Shown: piece by piece, positions 27,453 to 35,524 of the stretch
Layout: every line of letters starts with the position of its first letter
Position numbering within the stretch: the first letter of the stretch is position 1
Source: Dehalococcoidia bacterium
GTDB taxonomy: Bacteria; Chloroflexota; Dehalococcoidia; Plut-88900
Assembly: GCA_965207225.1 (NCBI GenBank)
Contig: CBDBLV010000003.1
Coordinates: forward strand, 256,001 to 320,000
DNA: 64,000 bases
Direction: 5' to 3'
The notes under the pieces: generated by a model
What the model saw: only the letters and a program-made list of their open reading frames with translations
What the model was told of the DNA's origin: nothing
Database searches by the model: none
Position numbers and translations under genes: made by a program

Positions 27453-27878
27453 ATGCCGGTATTTCCGTCCGTGGAGTGGTTCGAGGAGGTGAGGCAGGCC
27501 GTCAACGGGAGCAGGGCCTTCCGGGCCCTTGGGAACTGCGATACGACGATGGGCGTGAAGGTGGGAGACAGGGCGTTTCGAATGAAGTTCGAGGCGTTTG
27601 CCTGCGAGGAAGTGTCGGAGGTTGGGGTGGAGGGGCTGGGGGAGATGGACTTCTACCTGGAGATGTCGCCGGCGGGATGGCGGGAACTGCTGGATAACAT
27701 CAAGGCCAACGACGGGGCGGACGGGGAGCATAGCCTGAACACGCTGGACCTGAGTCGGGAGGGAGGAATCCTAAGGGCGGGCGACGACTTGCTCAGGCAG
27801 TCTTTCTTCCGATATCACCTCTCCATCCAGAACTTCTTCGATGCCTCCGCGCAGGTTGAGACGGTCTTCGCGGCCTGA
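27453..27878 (+). CDS. Hypothetical protein, SCP2-like lipid-binding fold possible
   Basis: GGAGGAGG RBS; FPSVEWF N-terminus and DFYLEM..AGW pattern resemble SCP2-like proteins. Confidence 0.65.
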   Translation: MPVFPSVEWFEEVRQAVNGSRAFRALGNCDTTMGVKVGDRAFRMKFEAFACEEVSEVGVEGLGEMDFYLEMSPAGWRELLDNIKANDGADGEHSLNTLDLSREGGILRAGDDLLRQSFFRYHLSIQNFFDASAQVETVFAA

Positions 27879-27886
27879 GAATCGCC

Positions 27887-28183
27887 ATGCCTCTCTATGA
27901 GTACGCATGCCCCCAGTGCAGCCGGGTGACGAGCCTCTACTGGAGGAACTTCGCACCACCCGAGACGGCTACGTGTGAGGCGTGCGGGGGATCGGGGGCG
28001 GAGCGCAAGTTCTCCACGTTTGCCCTGCACAAGACGGCGGCGACGAAGATGGAGGAGCTGGACCCCAAGTACGACAAGATGGTCGACGAGGCGTTCAAGA
28101 ACTCTCCGGCAACCTCCGACCCTAAGCACTACCTGGACAAGATGGCGTCGTTTGACGGCGTGCCCGACCGGCCGGACCCCTAG
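27887..28183 (+). CDS. FmdB family zinc-ribbon protein
   Basis: MPLYEYACPQC...CEACG...ERKFSTF. Confidence 0.9.
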   Translation: MPLYEYACPQCSRVTSLYWRNFAPPETATCEACGGSGAERKFSTFALHKTAATKMEELDPKYDKMVDEAFKNSPATSDPKHYLDKMASFDGVPDRPDP

Positions 28184-28202
28184 ACCTCACTGACTTGCAT
28201 CG

Positions 28203-29399
28203 ATGACCGGTGAACTCGGGGCTTGGGTGGGGGCGGGCATCTCCCTTTTAGCATTGCTTGCTTGGGTGTGGCTTACGCTTTTTCGAGGGCGATTCTGGGC
28301 CACGGACCAGCGCCTGGACACTAATGTTGCCCTCAAAGAGTCGGCGCTGCCCAGGGTTGTGGCCGTCATTCCCGCCCGCGACGAAGCTGACCTGATAGGG
28401 CAGACCATTGCGTCGGTGCTGGGGCAGCGTTACCCGGCCCCGCTGTCGGTCTACCTGGTTGATGATAGGAGCTCGGATGGGACGGCGGATGTGGCGAGAG
28501 AGACGGCTCAGCAAGTGAAGGGCTGTCCACCGTTCCGGGTGGTAGGGGCGAGGGAGAGGCCCGATGGCTGGGCCGGGAAGGTCTGGGCCCTGCACCAGGG
28601 TGTGGAGGCGGCCTCGGGGGAGGAGCATGACTACTTCTGGTTCACCGACGCCGACATCTTGCATTCTCCGGACGCGCTGACAAGTCTTGTGGCGAGGGCG
28701 GAGGGGCTGGACCTGGTTTCGGTGATGGCGAGACTTCACGTCTCGACGTTTTGGGACAGGCTCCTGATACCGGCCTTCGTGTTCTTCTTCGGCAAGCTGT
28801 ATCCGTTCAGGTGGGTGAATGATCACGGTCGGGGGACGGCGGCTGCGGCGGGGGGCTGTGTGCTGGTGAGGAAGGAGCGACTGATGGAGACTGGAGAATT
28901 TGCCGCAATGAGCGATGCTGTCATAGACGACTGTGAACTAGCGCGGCAGGTGCGCGGGCCAAGGGGGGAAGGGAGGCTATGGTTGGGACTCAGCCAGGAG
29001 GTACAAAGCATCCGGCCATACGACGGGCTGAGGGGCATCTGGGATATGGTGGCCAGGACGGCTTACGTCCAACTGCGACGTTCGCCTGTTGCGTTGGCGG
29101 GAACGATCCTGGGGATGGTCTGGCTTTATCTCGTTGCTCCGGCGTCAATGGGGGTGGGAATTGGGCTGTCGGTGGCGGGGGTTGGGGGTGTGGCGACCTG
29201 GGTGGTGCTGGGGGCGGGGGCGGTGGGGTGGGGTTTGATGGCCACGGTATATGTACCGATGTTAAGGTGGTATGGTCTCTGCAAATGCTGGGCGCTGCTG
29301 CTGCCGGTGTCGGGGGTGCTGTATGCGTTGATGACGGTGGACTCCTGGTGGAGGAGCAGAAGAGGTCGGGGTGGGGGGTGGAAGGGGAGGACTTATTGA
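28203..29399 (+). CDS. GT2 glycosyltransferase, HpnB-like
   Basis: IPARDEA, VDDRSSDGT, GWAGKVWA, FTDADI, AAAGGC, IDDCELA, MVARTAY.QL, WKGRTY end. Confidence 0.85.
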   Translation: MTGELGAWVGAGISLLALLAWVWLTLFRGRFWATDQRLDTNVALKESALPRVVAVIPARDEADLIGQTIASVLGQRYPAPLSVYLVDDRSSDGTADVARETAQQVKGCPPFRVVGARERPDGWAGKVWALHQGVEAASGEEHDYFWFTDADILHSPDALTSLVARAEGLDLVSVMARLHVSTFWDRLLIPAFVFFFGKLYPFRWVNDHGRGTAAAAGGCVLVRKERLMETGEFAAMSDAVIDDCELARQVRGPRGEGRLWLGLSQEVQSIRPYDGLRGIWDMVARTAYVQLRRSPVALAGTILGMVWLYLVAPASMGVGIGLSVAGVGGVATWVVLGAGAVGWGLMATVYVPMLRWYGLCKCWALLLPVSGVLYALMTVDSWWRSRRGRGGGWKGRTY

Positions 29400-29535
29400 G
29401 GGGTCGGCCGGGAATGAAGCAGGGCGACGGGTCGACAATCGTGGGCCACCCATCGCTCGACCCTTCGACTTCGCCCAGGGGGTGAGCGGCCCCACCCAGG
29501 GGGCGATTCCTGACAGTAGCAGGTCTGGGTAAAGG

Positions 29536-29874
29536 CTACCCGTACAGCCCGTCCGTTTTGGCGGCCATTATGAAGTCGTTGCGGTGGAGGTTGCGGATCT
29601 TGTGGGTCCACCAGGTGACCCGGACTTTGCCCCACTCAATTACGAGCCTCGGGTGATGGCCCTCGGCATCCGCCGCGGTCCCGACCGCGTGTGTGAATGA
29701 CAGGGCGTCGCCGAAGTTGCCGAACTTGAAAGTGCGGTCGAGCTTCGGGATGCCAGCCTCGTCAATCAGCTCCCAGTCGGGGACCTGGGGATGAAGCTCG
29801 GCGATCTCGTCCTCGGTCACGTGGGGCGCGTCCCGACGGCACGCCACGCATTTCTCCTGTGTCAATGATGCCAA
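29536..29874 (-). CDS. phhB: Pterin-4a-carbinolamine dehydratase
   Basis: EGHHP motif, WWTHKIRNLHRNDFIMAAK. Confidence 0.93.
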   Translation of the reverse strand: MASLTQEKCVACRRDAPHVTEDEIAELHPQVPDWELIDEAGIPKLDRTFKFGNFGDALSFTHAVGTAADAEGHHPRLVIEWGKVRVTWWTHKIRNLHRNDFIMAAKTDGLYG

Positions 29875-30019
29875 GGTTATGTCCTCCCGGGTTCTTCCGT
29901 TTCGCCAAATCGGTCTTAATTTCCTCCCCTTGCCGCTCCCCGCCTTCTACGATATATTACACCGACCGACAGCCATACCATCAGGGCGTGGCCTAACTTC
30001 AACAATCCAGGGGATCTCC

Positions 30020-30214
30020 ATGGCATACGCCGAACAGGACAGCGTCGAGGCAGGACTAGAGTTCAAGAGCCCCAGCGGGCTAAATGTCAAGACCACGGGC
30101 AACACCGTATTCCTGGACGCAGACAGCATGTACGTCCACGAGGTCGAAATCGCCGACGGCGACTGGGAAGGCGAAAAGTTCCTGCTCAACCTGGACTACG
30201 CCGAGGCGAAGTAG
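30020..30214 (+). CDS. Small acidic hypothetical protein (64 aa)
   Basis: ATG after AGGGGA; strong GC3 bias over MAYAEQDS...YAEAK. Confidence 0.7.
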   Translation: MAYAEQDSVEAGLEFKSPSGLNVKTTGNTVFLDADSMYVHEVEIADGDWEGEKFLLNLDYAEAK

Positions 30215-30269
30215 CAGCATTCCCCACCAGTCAAAGCTGTAAACAGTCGGGGTTCCCTATCGGCACCTG

Positions 30270-30605
30270 CTAACGCCGTAATGCGAGACGCTCTGCGGCC
30301 AAGCGGTTCATACTTACTCCAGCTTCGGCAGCATCCATAGCGAGGGAGCGGTGCGTGTCGGGTGGGATGCGAAGCGTGAGAGTGCCGCTGTAGCGTCGGG
30401 TGGCAATCGGCTCAGGGACCGGCTTGCCCTCCTCGTGTAACCATCGGACCGAGAAGGCCACCAGTTTCCGGATGCCGGCGAAGGCCTTTTCAGGGGTGTC
30501 GTCCAGGTGGCTGAGGGAGCCGAACTCAGAACAAAGCCCCACAAACTCCTCATCTTCCTCAGACCAGAGGACTCGGTAAGCGTATCGGTCGGCGATTTCA
30601 GGCAT
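30270..30605 (-). CDS. hicB: HicB family antitoxin
   Basis: WSEEDEEFVGLCSEF.SLS, PEP..RRYSG.L.LRIPP..H..LA..A...GVSMN (RHH). Confidence 0.92.
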   Translation of the reverse strand: MPEIADRYAYRVLWSEEDEEFVGLCSEFGSLSHLDDTPEKAFAGIRKLVAFSVRWLHEEGKPVPEPIATRRYSGTLTLRIPPDTHRSLAMDAAEAGVSMNRLAAERLALRR

Positions 30606-30837
30606 CGGTTTCCTCAAGCTTGTACATTGCGTTCAGGACCTGGCGCACCCGGTATGCCTTTGCCATTCCTCCCCTGGGTTGAATGTTCACCATCGGGTCT
30701 CCCTGCCAAGAGGTCTGATATATCAGGTGGCTGCCGCTCTGACTAGGCGCCCCAAAGTAACGGTTGCAGACTTTGCGGAGGTCACTAAACCGGACGTTGC
30801 GGGGATTGCGCCTCATCCCCGTCAGGCTTTTGTCCAC
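30598..30837 (-). CDS. hicA: HicA family toxin
   Basis: NP.NVRFSDL.KVC..YFG....GSH, VNIQ...G.AKAY.VRQV; overlaps the hicB start. Confidence 0.88.
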   Translation of the reverse strand: MDKSLTGMRRNPRNVRFSDLRKVCNRYFGAPSQSGSHLIYQTSWQGDPMVNIQPRGGMAKAYRVRQVLNAMYKLEETDA

Positions 30838-30959
30838 ATATACATGGTAGCATTATTGCAACCGTTTGTCAGGAATTTGAGCCACTTCAAGGCTTCAATA
30901 GGCTTTCCTAAGAGTGAAGCCGGTGAGAGCAAGCAAGGCGACGGTATTCCGCAGCGCCC

Positions 30960-32012
30960 TCAACCTCTATAGCCGAGCCCCCTCTCCACCTCCCCCCGCA
31001 GCCCCGATATCCAGCTCTTCATTGCCTTGTGCGATAACACTTTCACACCCGACACCACCATCATCCGGTACACCCAGCCCCGACTCACCTTGCTCCTGCG
31101 GCTCGGGGCCAGCCATTTTTTGTTCTTTGCCAGCACCACCAGGGTCCCGAGTCCCATCAGCAGGGGCCAGGCAGTAGCCAGCCTAAGACGGTAGTGCCTT
31201 CTCGGGATGGTTTGCAGGTATTCGGCAGCGGTCTTGTAGTGGTCCAATGCCTGACTGATCCCCCACATTAGAGCGGGTCTGGCCGCATCGCTGTTTGTAG
31301 TCTGAAGCAGGTCGTCCGCAGAGAGCCCAACTCGGTCCAAGACCTCACCCGGCAGGTAGCACCGGCCCAGTCGAAGGTCCCTGGGCACGTCCCTGAGGAT
31401 GTTGGTCAGTTGGAGGGCCTTGCCGAACCTGATTCCCTTTTCGCTCATCTCGTCCACATCCCAACTCCCCAGGCGTGGGTTATGGGCCATGCACATCTCC
31501 GTCCAGAACCGACCCACGCATCCCGCCACCAGGTACGTGTACTCGTCGAGTTGCTCTGAAGTCTCGAAGGCGGTCAGCCCATCTTTGTGGAAATAGATCA
31601 GGTCCAGCTCCATGCCCTGGGTCAGCGTCACGACCACCTGCCGGACACGGAAGCGGTCCAACTCCTCCAGTCCTTCAAGCATGGAGATAGTCTTTGGCAT
31701 GGCCCCGACCAGCTCCCTCTCGGCCTCTCCCAACCCCTCCCCTGCCGTCCGGGCAAGGGGTTCGACCATGTCCGCGCCGTCCTCTCCTTCCACCAGACCC
31801 CGGAACTCCAGGAGTCTCTCCAGCCTCTCCTTGTTTGAAGCGGTCCTGGAGTCGGCAATGGTGTCAGCCGTGCGCGCAAGAAGGTAGGCGAGGCCCAGGG
31901 GTTTTTTGAGGCTTCCGGGAAGGATCCGGAGAGTCAGGTAGAAAGCTCGGGATGTGCCCTTCAGCACGGGCCCGAGGAGACGGGCTTCTTCCCCGGGCGT
32001 TACGACCGGCAC
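30960..32012 (-). CDS. Squalene/phytoene synthase family protein
   Basis: TSRAF, YLLARTADTIAD, YTYLVAGCVG, LQLTNILRD...DL..GRCYLP. Confidence 0.92.
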   Translation of the reverse strand: MPVVTPGEEARLLGPVLKGTSRAFYLTLRILPGSLKKPLGLAYLLARTADTIADSRTASNKERLERLLEFRGLVEGEDGADMVEPLARTAGEGLGEAERELVGAMPKTISMLEGLEELDRFRVRQVVVTLTQGMELDLIYFHKDGLTAFETSEQLDEYTYLVAGCVGRFWTEMCMAHNPRLGSWDVDEMSEKGIRFGKALQLTNILRDVPRDLRLGRCYLPGEVLDRVGLSADDLLQTTNSDAARPALMWGISQALDHYKTAAEYLQTIPRRHYRLRLATAWPLLMGLGTLVVLAKNKKWLAPSRRSKVSRGWVYRMMVVSGVKVLSHKAMKSWISGLRGEVERGLGYRG

Positions 32013-32014
32013 AC

Positions 32015-33559
32015 CTACCCCGCCACCCCCAACCCCACCTTCATGCCGATAAGCATGCTAGTCAGGTTGGTGTTGGCCAGCGGGATTACCGGGATGATAG
32101 AGGCGTCGGCGACGTACAGGTTTTCCAACCCGTGCACCTTGCCCCGGGCGTCCACCACCGACCCCGGGTCAGACTCAGGGCCCATCTTGCACGTCCCCGA
32201 GGCGTGGGAGTAGTTCCCGATCGACTGTTTTAGCTGGGCTGCTATCTCATCGTCGGTCTGGAGCGGGGCCCAGGGATCCAGCTCTTCCTCGACGAAGGAG
32301 GACAGGGGCGGCGCCTGCATCACGGTCCGGAATATCTTCAGGGCATACACAAGGGCCGCCGTGTCCAGGCCGTATTCGTCGGTGAGGTAGTTGGTCTCGA
32401 TTGTCGGGGCGGCCTCCGGGTCCCGGCTCGTTATCCACATCCGTCCCCGAGACCTTGGGGCCATGTGGCATATGAAGCCCTCCAATGTGCGGGCCTCCAG
32501 CGTCCTCGGGACCTGGGAGGGCAGCATGTGCAGGTCGAAGGGCAGCCCTTCCTGGCAGACGGGGCTCTGGGCCCGGAGGATCACCTGGCCCCTGTATACG
32601 CTCTCTTCGCCCAGGTCGCGCACTATTTGGTGCCAGCCCTCGTCCGTCGGCTTGTATTGCACGTAGAAGGACGGGTGGTCGTGGAGGTTTCTTCCGACTC
32701 CCTCAATGACCACCTCTTCATCCACACCTATCTCCTTCAGGATCTCCCCCGGCCCCACACCCGACCTCAACAAAATCGATGGCGACCCGTATGTACCTGC
32801 CGACAGGATAATGGTGTCTGCCCGGAGTTCGACATCCTCTCCTCGGACCTTTACCAACAGCGCCTGCGCCCTTGGCCCTTCTATAACCACCCTGTCGATC
32901 ATCGTATGGTCAAGGATGGTCAGGTTGGATTTGTCCCTAACCGGGTCAAGGAAGGCGAATGCGGCATTCCAGCGCTCTGTTTCCTTGACATTTCCGTGGT
33001 ATGAAGCGACGCCTTCCTCGGGAGCGGGGCCTCCCATGTCGTCGACCCTGCCGTAGCCCGTATTCAGTGAAGCTTCTATGAAAGCCCGCTGGTAGAGCGA
33101 AAGCTCGCTTTCGGCCATCCGGCGGCTATAGAGCGGGCCTTGAGTCCCCCGGTAAGGCGTCACGGAGTCCTCGGCCGTTCCCTCCACAGCCTGTATCAGG
33201 GGAAAGATGTCGTCGTAGCTCCAGCCGGGGTTGCCGGCCTTGGCCCAGGCGTCGTAGTCACCGGGCACGCCCCAGATCGCTGCACAGTCGTTGTGGGAAG
33301 AGCACCCGCCTATGACCCTGGCGCGGAGCTCCGTGAAGCTCGGTCCTTCGGGTCGGTTGGCTTGATAGCCCCAGTCGTGGCTGTCGGGGTCGAAGCGGGG
33401 ATCAAGGAGGTCCCTGGGCCAGCGTCCCTCCGCCTTGGCGCCGTAGTCGGGTCCCGCCTCTAACAGCGCCACCGACAACCCGGCCTTGCACAGCACGTTG
33501 GCCGCCGCGCAACCCGCTGACCCCCCACCTGCGACTATCACATCATAATGCAGCTTCAT
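32015..33559 (-). CDS. GMC family oxidoreductase
   Basis: GGGSAG, LLEAGPD, IGGCSSHN, LLRSGVGP, GRNLHDH, HASGTCKMG, ADASIIP. Confidence 0.93.
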   Translation of the reverse strand: MKLHYDVIVAGGGSAGCAAANVLCKAGLSVALLEAGPDYGAKAEGRWPRDLLDPRFDPDSHDWGYQANRPEGPSFTELRARVIGGCSSHNDCAAIWGVPGDYDAWAKAGNPGWSYDDIFPLIQAVEGTAEDSVTPYRGTQGPLYSRRMAESELSLYQRAFIEASLNTGYGRVDDMGGPAPEEGVASYHGNVKETERWNAAFAFLDPVRDKSNLTILDHTMIDRVVIEGPRAQALLVKVRGEDVELRADTIILSAGTYGSPSILLRSGVGPGEILKEIGVDEEVVIEGVGRNLHDHPSFYVQYKPTDEGWHQIVRDLGEESVYRGQVILRAQSPVCQEGLPFDLHMLPSQVPRTLEARTLEGFICHMAPRSRGRMWITSRDPEAAPTIETNYLTDEYGLDTAALVYALKIFRTVMQAPPLSSFVEEELDPWAPLQTDDEIAAQLKQSIGNYSHASGTCKMGPESDPGSVVDARGKVHGLENLYVADASIIPVIPLANTNLTSMLIGMKVGLGVAG

Positions 33560-33574
33560 TACGGGCGAGACTCT

Positions 33575-34462
33575 CTAGTACCCCAGCCGCTCAATATGTT
33601 CGATGAGCTGTTTGATGGTGGCTTCTCCCGCACGGGGCCCGGGCTGCCGGACCGCTGGGTTCCCGAGCAGGCCCCGGTAGTGCAGGGCGTTCTTCCGGAT
33701 GCTCAAGTCGATCCCCTCCTGCACCTCGAAGAGGATCAGGGGAAGCCATTGGTAGAACAGCTTCTCCGCGGACTCAGTATCACCCTCAGCCATGTGGCGG
33801 CATATCTGGATCAGGGTCTCGGGAAAAGCGAATCCCGTCATCGCTCCGGCCCCGCCCTGTGCCAGCTCATCCAGTAGGAAAAGCCCGCCCAGCCCGCCGA
33901 AAATTGTGAGCCTGTCGCCGGCCATCGCCTTGATGGCCCGGACCTTCGGGGGGGTGGGTGGGGCCTCTATCTTGCAATATTGAACCGACGGGATGTTGTC
34001 GGCCAGTCGCATGAAAAACTCGGGCGGCATGTGGACCCCCGTGGTCTTCGGGTAGTCCTGCACGACGATGTCGATGTCCACGGCCTCGGCGATGCGGTAG
34101 TAGTGAGAGTAGACTACGTCCAGGTTGGACTTGGGCATGGGTGGAGGGGCTATCATCACCGCCGCGGCGCCCATCTCCTTCGCTTCCTTTGTGCGTGCGA
34201 TCGCGGCCATGGTGCTCGGGCCCGAGGTTCCCAGGGTCACAGGCATACCGTTGGCTTCTGCGATGACCGCCTCTGCGACTCCTCGGCCCTCGGCGTCCGT
34301 AAGGCGGTGGGCTTCGCCCATTACGCCCAGGGCGACCACGCCCTCGCACCCCGACTCCCGGGCCTTGCCGACCAGGTTCGGAATGCTGGCCTCGTCCACA
34401 GATTCGTCTTCGTGGAAAGGTGTCGCCAACATCCAGTGAACGCCCTTGAGCTTAGTCGTCAT
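33575..34462 (-). CDS. Dihydrodipicolinate synthase family aldolase/lyase
   Basis: TPF, LGVMGE, QDYP, Schiff-base Lys in CKIE, GAMTG. Confidence 0.9.
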   Translation of the reverse strand: MTTKLKGVHWMLATPFHEDESVDEASIPNLVGKARESGCEGVVALGVMGEAHRLTDAEGRGVAEAVIAEANGMPVTLGTSGPSTMAAIARTKEAKEMGAAAVMIAPPPMPKSNLDVVYSHYYRIAEAVDIDIVVQDYPKTTGVHMPPEFFMRLADNIPSVQYCKIEAPPTPPKVRAIKAMAGDRLTIFGGLGGLFLLDELAQGGAGAMTGFAFPETLIQICRHMAEGDTESAEKLFYQWLPLILFEVQEGIDLSIRKNALHYRGLLGNPAVRQPGPRAGEATIKQLIEHIERLGY

Positions 34463-34645
34463 CAGAGAGCCCTCCCAATTCTAAACACGCGGCCGTTGGA
34501 CGGCGCGGTTGGAGATGGGCCGCATTATGTTAGAGGGAATTCTCGGGTGTCAACAGCCCAATGTGCCACCCGCTCCTTGCATCCCCGATTCCTGCGAAAT
34601 GGTAGAATGGCTGTTGAACTAGCACGCTCTGGAAAGCGAAGATGC

Positions 34646-34963
34646 ATGAGGAAGGCAGATACCGCGGCGCCTATGCAGACCACAAGACCTACTGAGCCTC
34701 CAGCCCGCCCTAAAGATGAAACCGCCCGCTTGGGCAAGGAAATCTACGAACGGGACATTCGCCCTTTAGTTGAGACAGACCACTACGGAGATGTCGTAGC
34801 CATTGACGTGGATAGTGGACACTGGTCTATCGGCCATGAAGCGCCCGAAGCCGTAGACCGCTTGTACACCCAATTCCCGGAGGCCCATGACATCTTCTGT
34901 CTGAGGGTAGGCCGCATCGCCGTATATAGCTTCGGGGGCAGTACGTTGCGGAGATACGGGTGA
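34646..34963 (+). CDS. Hypothetical protein coupled to a clan AA aspartic protease
   Basis: GKEIYERDIRP.VE..H.G.VVAIDVDSG.W pattern; GTGA overlap with the next gene; start may be 34673. Confidence 0.75.
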   Translation: MRKADTAAPMQTTRPTEPPARPKDETARLGKEIYERDIRPLVETDHYGDVVAIDVDSGHWSIGHEAPEAVDRLYTQFPEAHDIFCLRVGRIAVYSFGGSTLRRYG

Positions 34964-35331
34964 TCCAGGGCTACGTCAACGACGCCTATGAAGCCATCGT
35001 TCCCTTCACCCTACAAGGCCCGTCGGGACAAACAAGAGACATCGAGGCCGTGATAGACACCGGTTATAACGGGTTCCTTACCCTTACTAGTGAGCTGGTG
35101 ACGGCGTTGCGGCTGCAGTACCGGAGCCGTGACTTGGCAGTTCTGGCCGACGGACGTGAGGCGGTGTTCGACGTCTACGGCGTCACGGTGATTTGGGATG
35201 GCCATGATCGGTATGTCGATGCTTATGTGTCCGACGCTACTCCACTGGTGGGCATGAGGCTGCTGGACGGCCACAACCTGAACATTGAAGTGGTGAACAG
35301 CGGTCGCGTGGCAATTCAAGGCCGGGCGTAG
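34960..35331 (+). CDS. Clan AA aspartic protease (AF_0612-like)
   Basis: AVIDTGYNGFLTL, LADG, PLVGMRLL. Confidence 0.9.
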   Translation: MIQGYVNDAYEAIVPFTLQGPSGQTRDIEAVIDTGYNGFLTLTSELVTALRLQYRSRDLAVLADGREAVFDVYGVTVIWDGHDRYVDAYVSDATPLVGMRLLDGHNLNIEVVNSGRVAIQGRA

Positions 35332-35524
35332 AGTAGCTGGACGTTCGCCCCTTGCATCCCCCCTTCTCCCCGACCTATCCTTTTCCCAAGGTGAGATCGT
35401 CCCAAATTCCCTCGCCTCAAACGAAGTTCATTTCGCTAAACAATCAAAACCGTGCCTGAGATCGCAATTCAATCAAAGAATTCGACGCGTTAGAGCTTAT
35501 TAGTTCCCCGGAGACCTCACCCCA

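Noticed and set aside
33980-34645. N-terminal two-thirds of the 327-aa ORF 33980-34963
   Set aside because: Overlaps the DHDPS-family gene antisense; only the last 97-106 codons look like a real gene.
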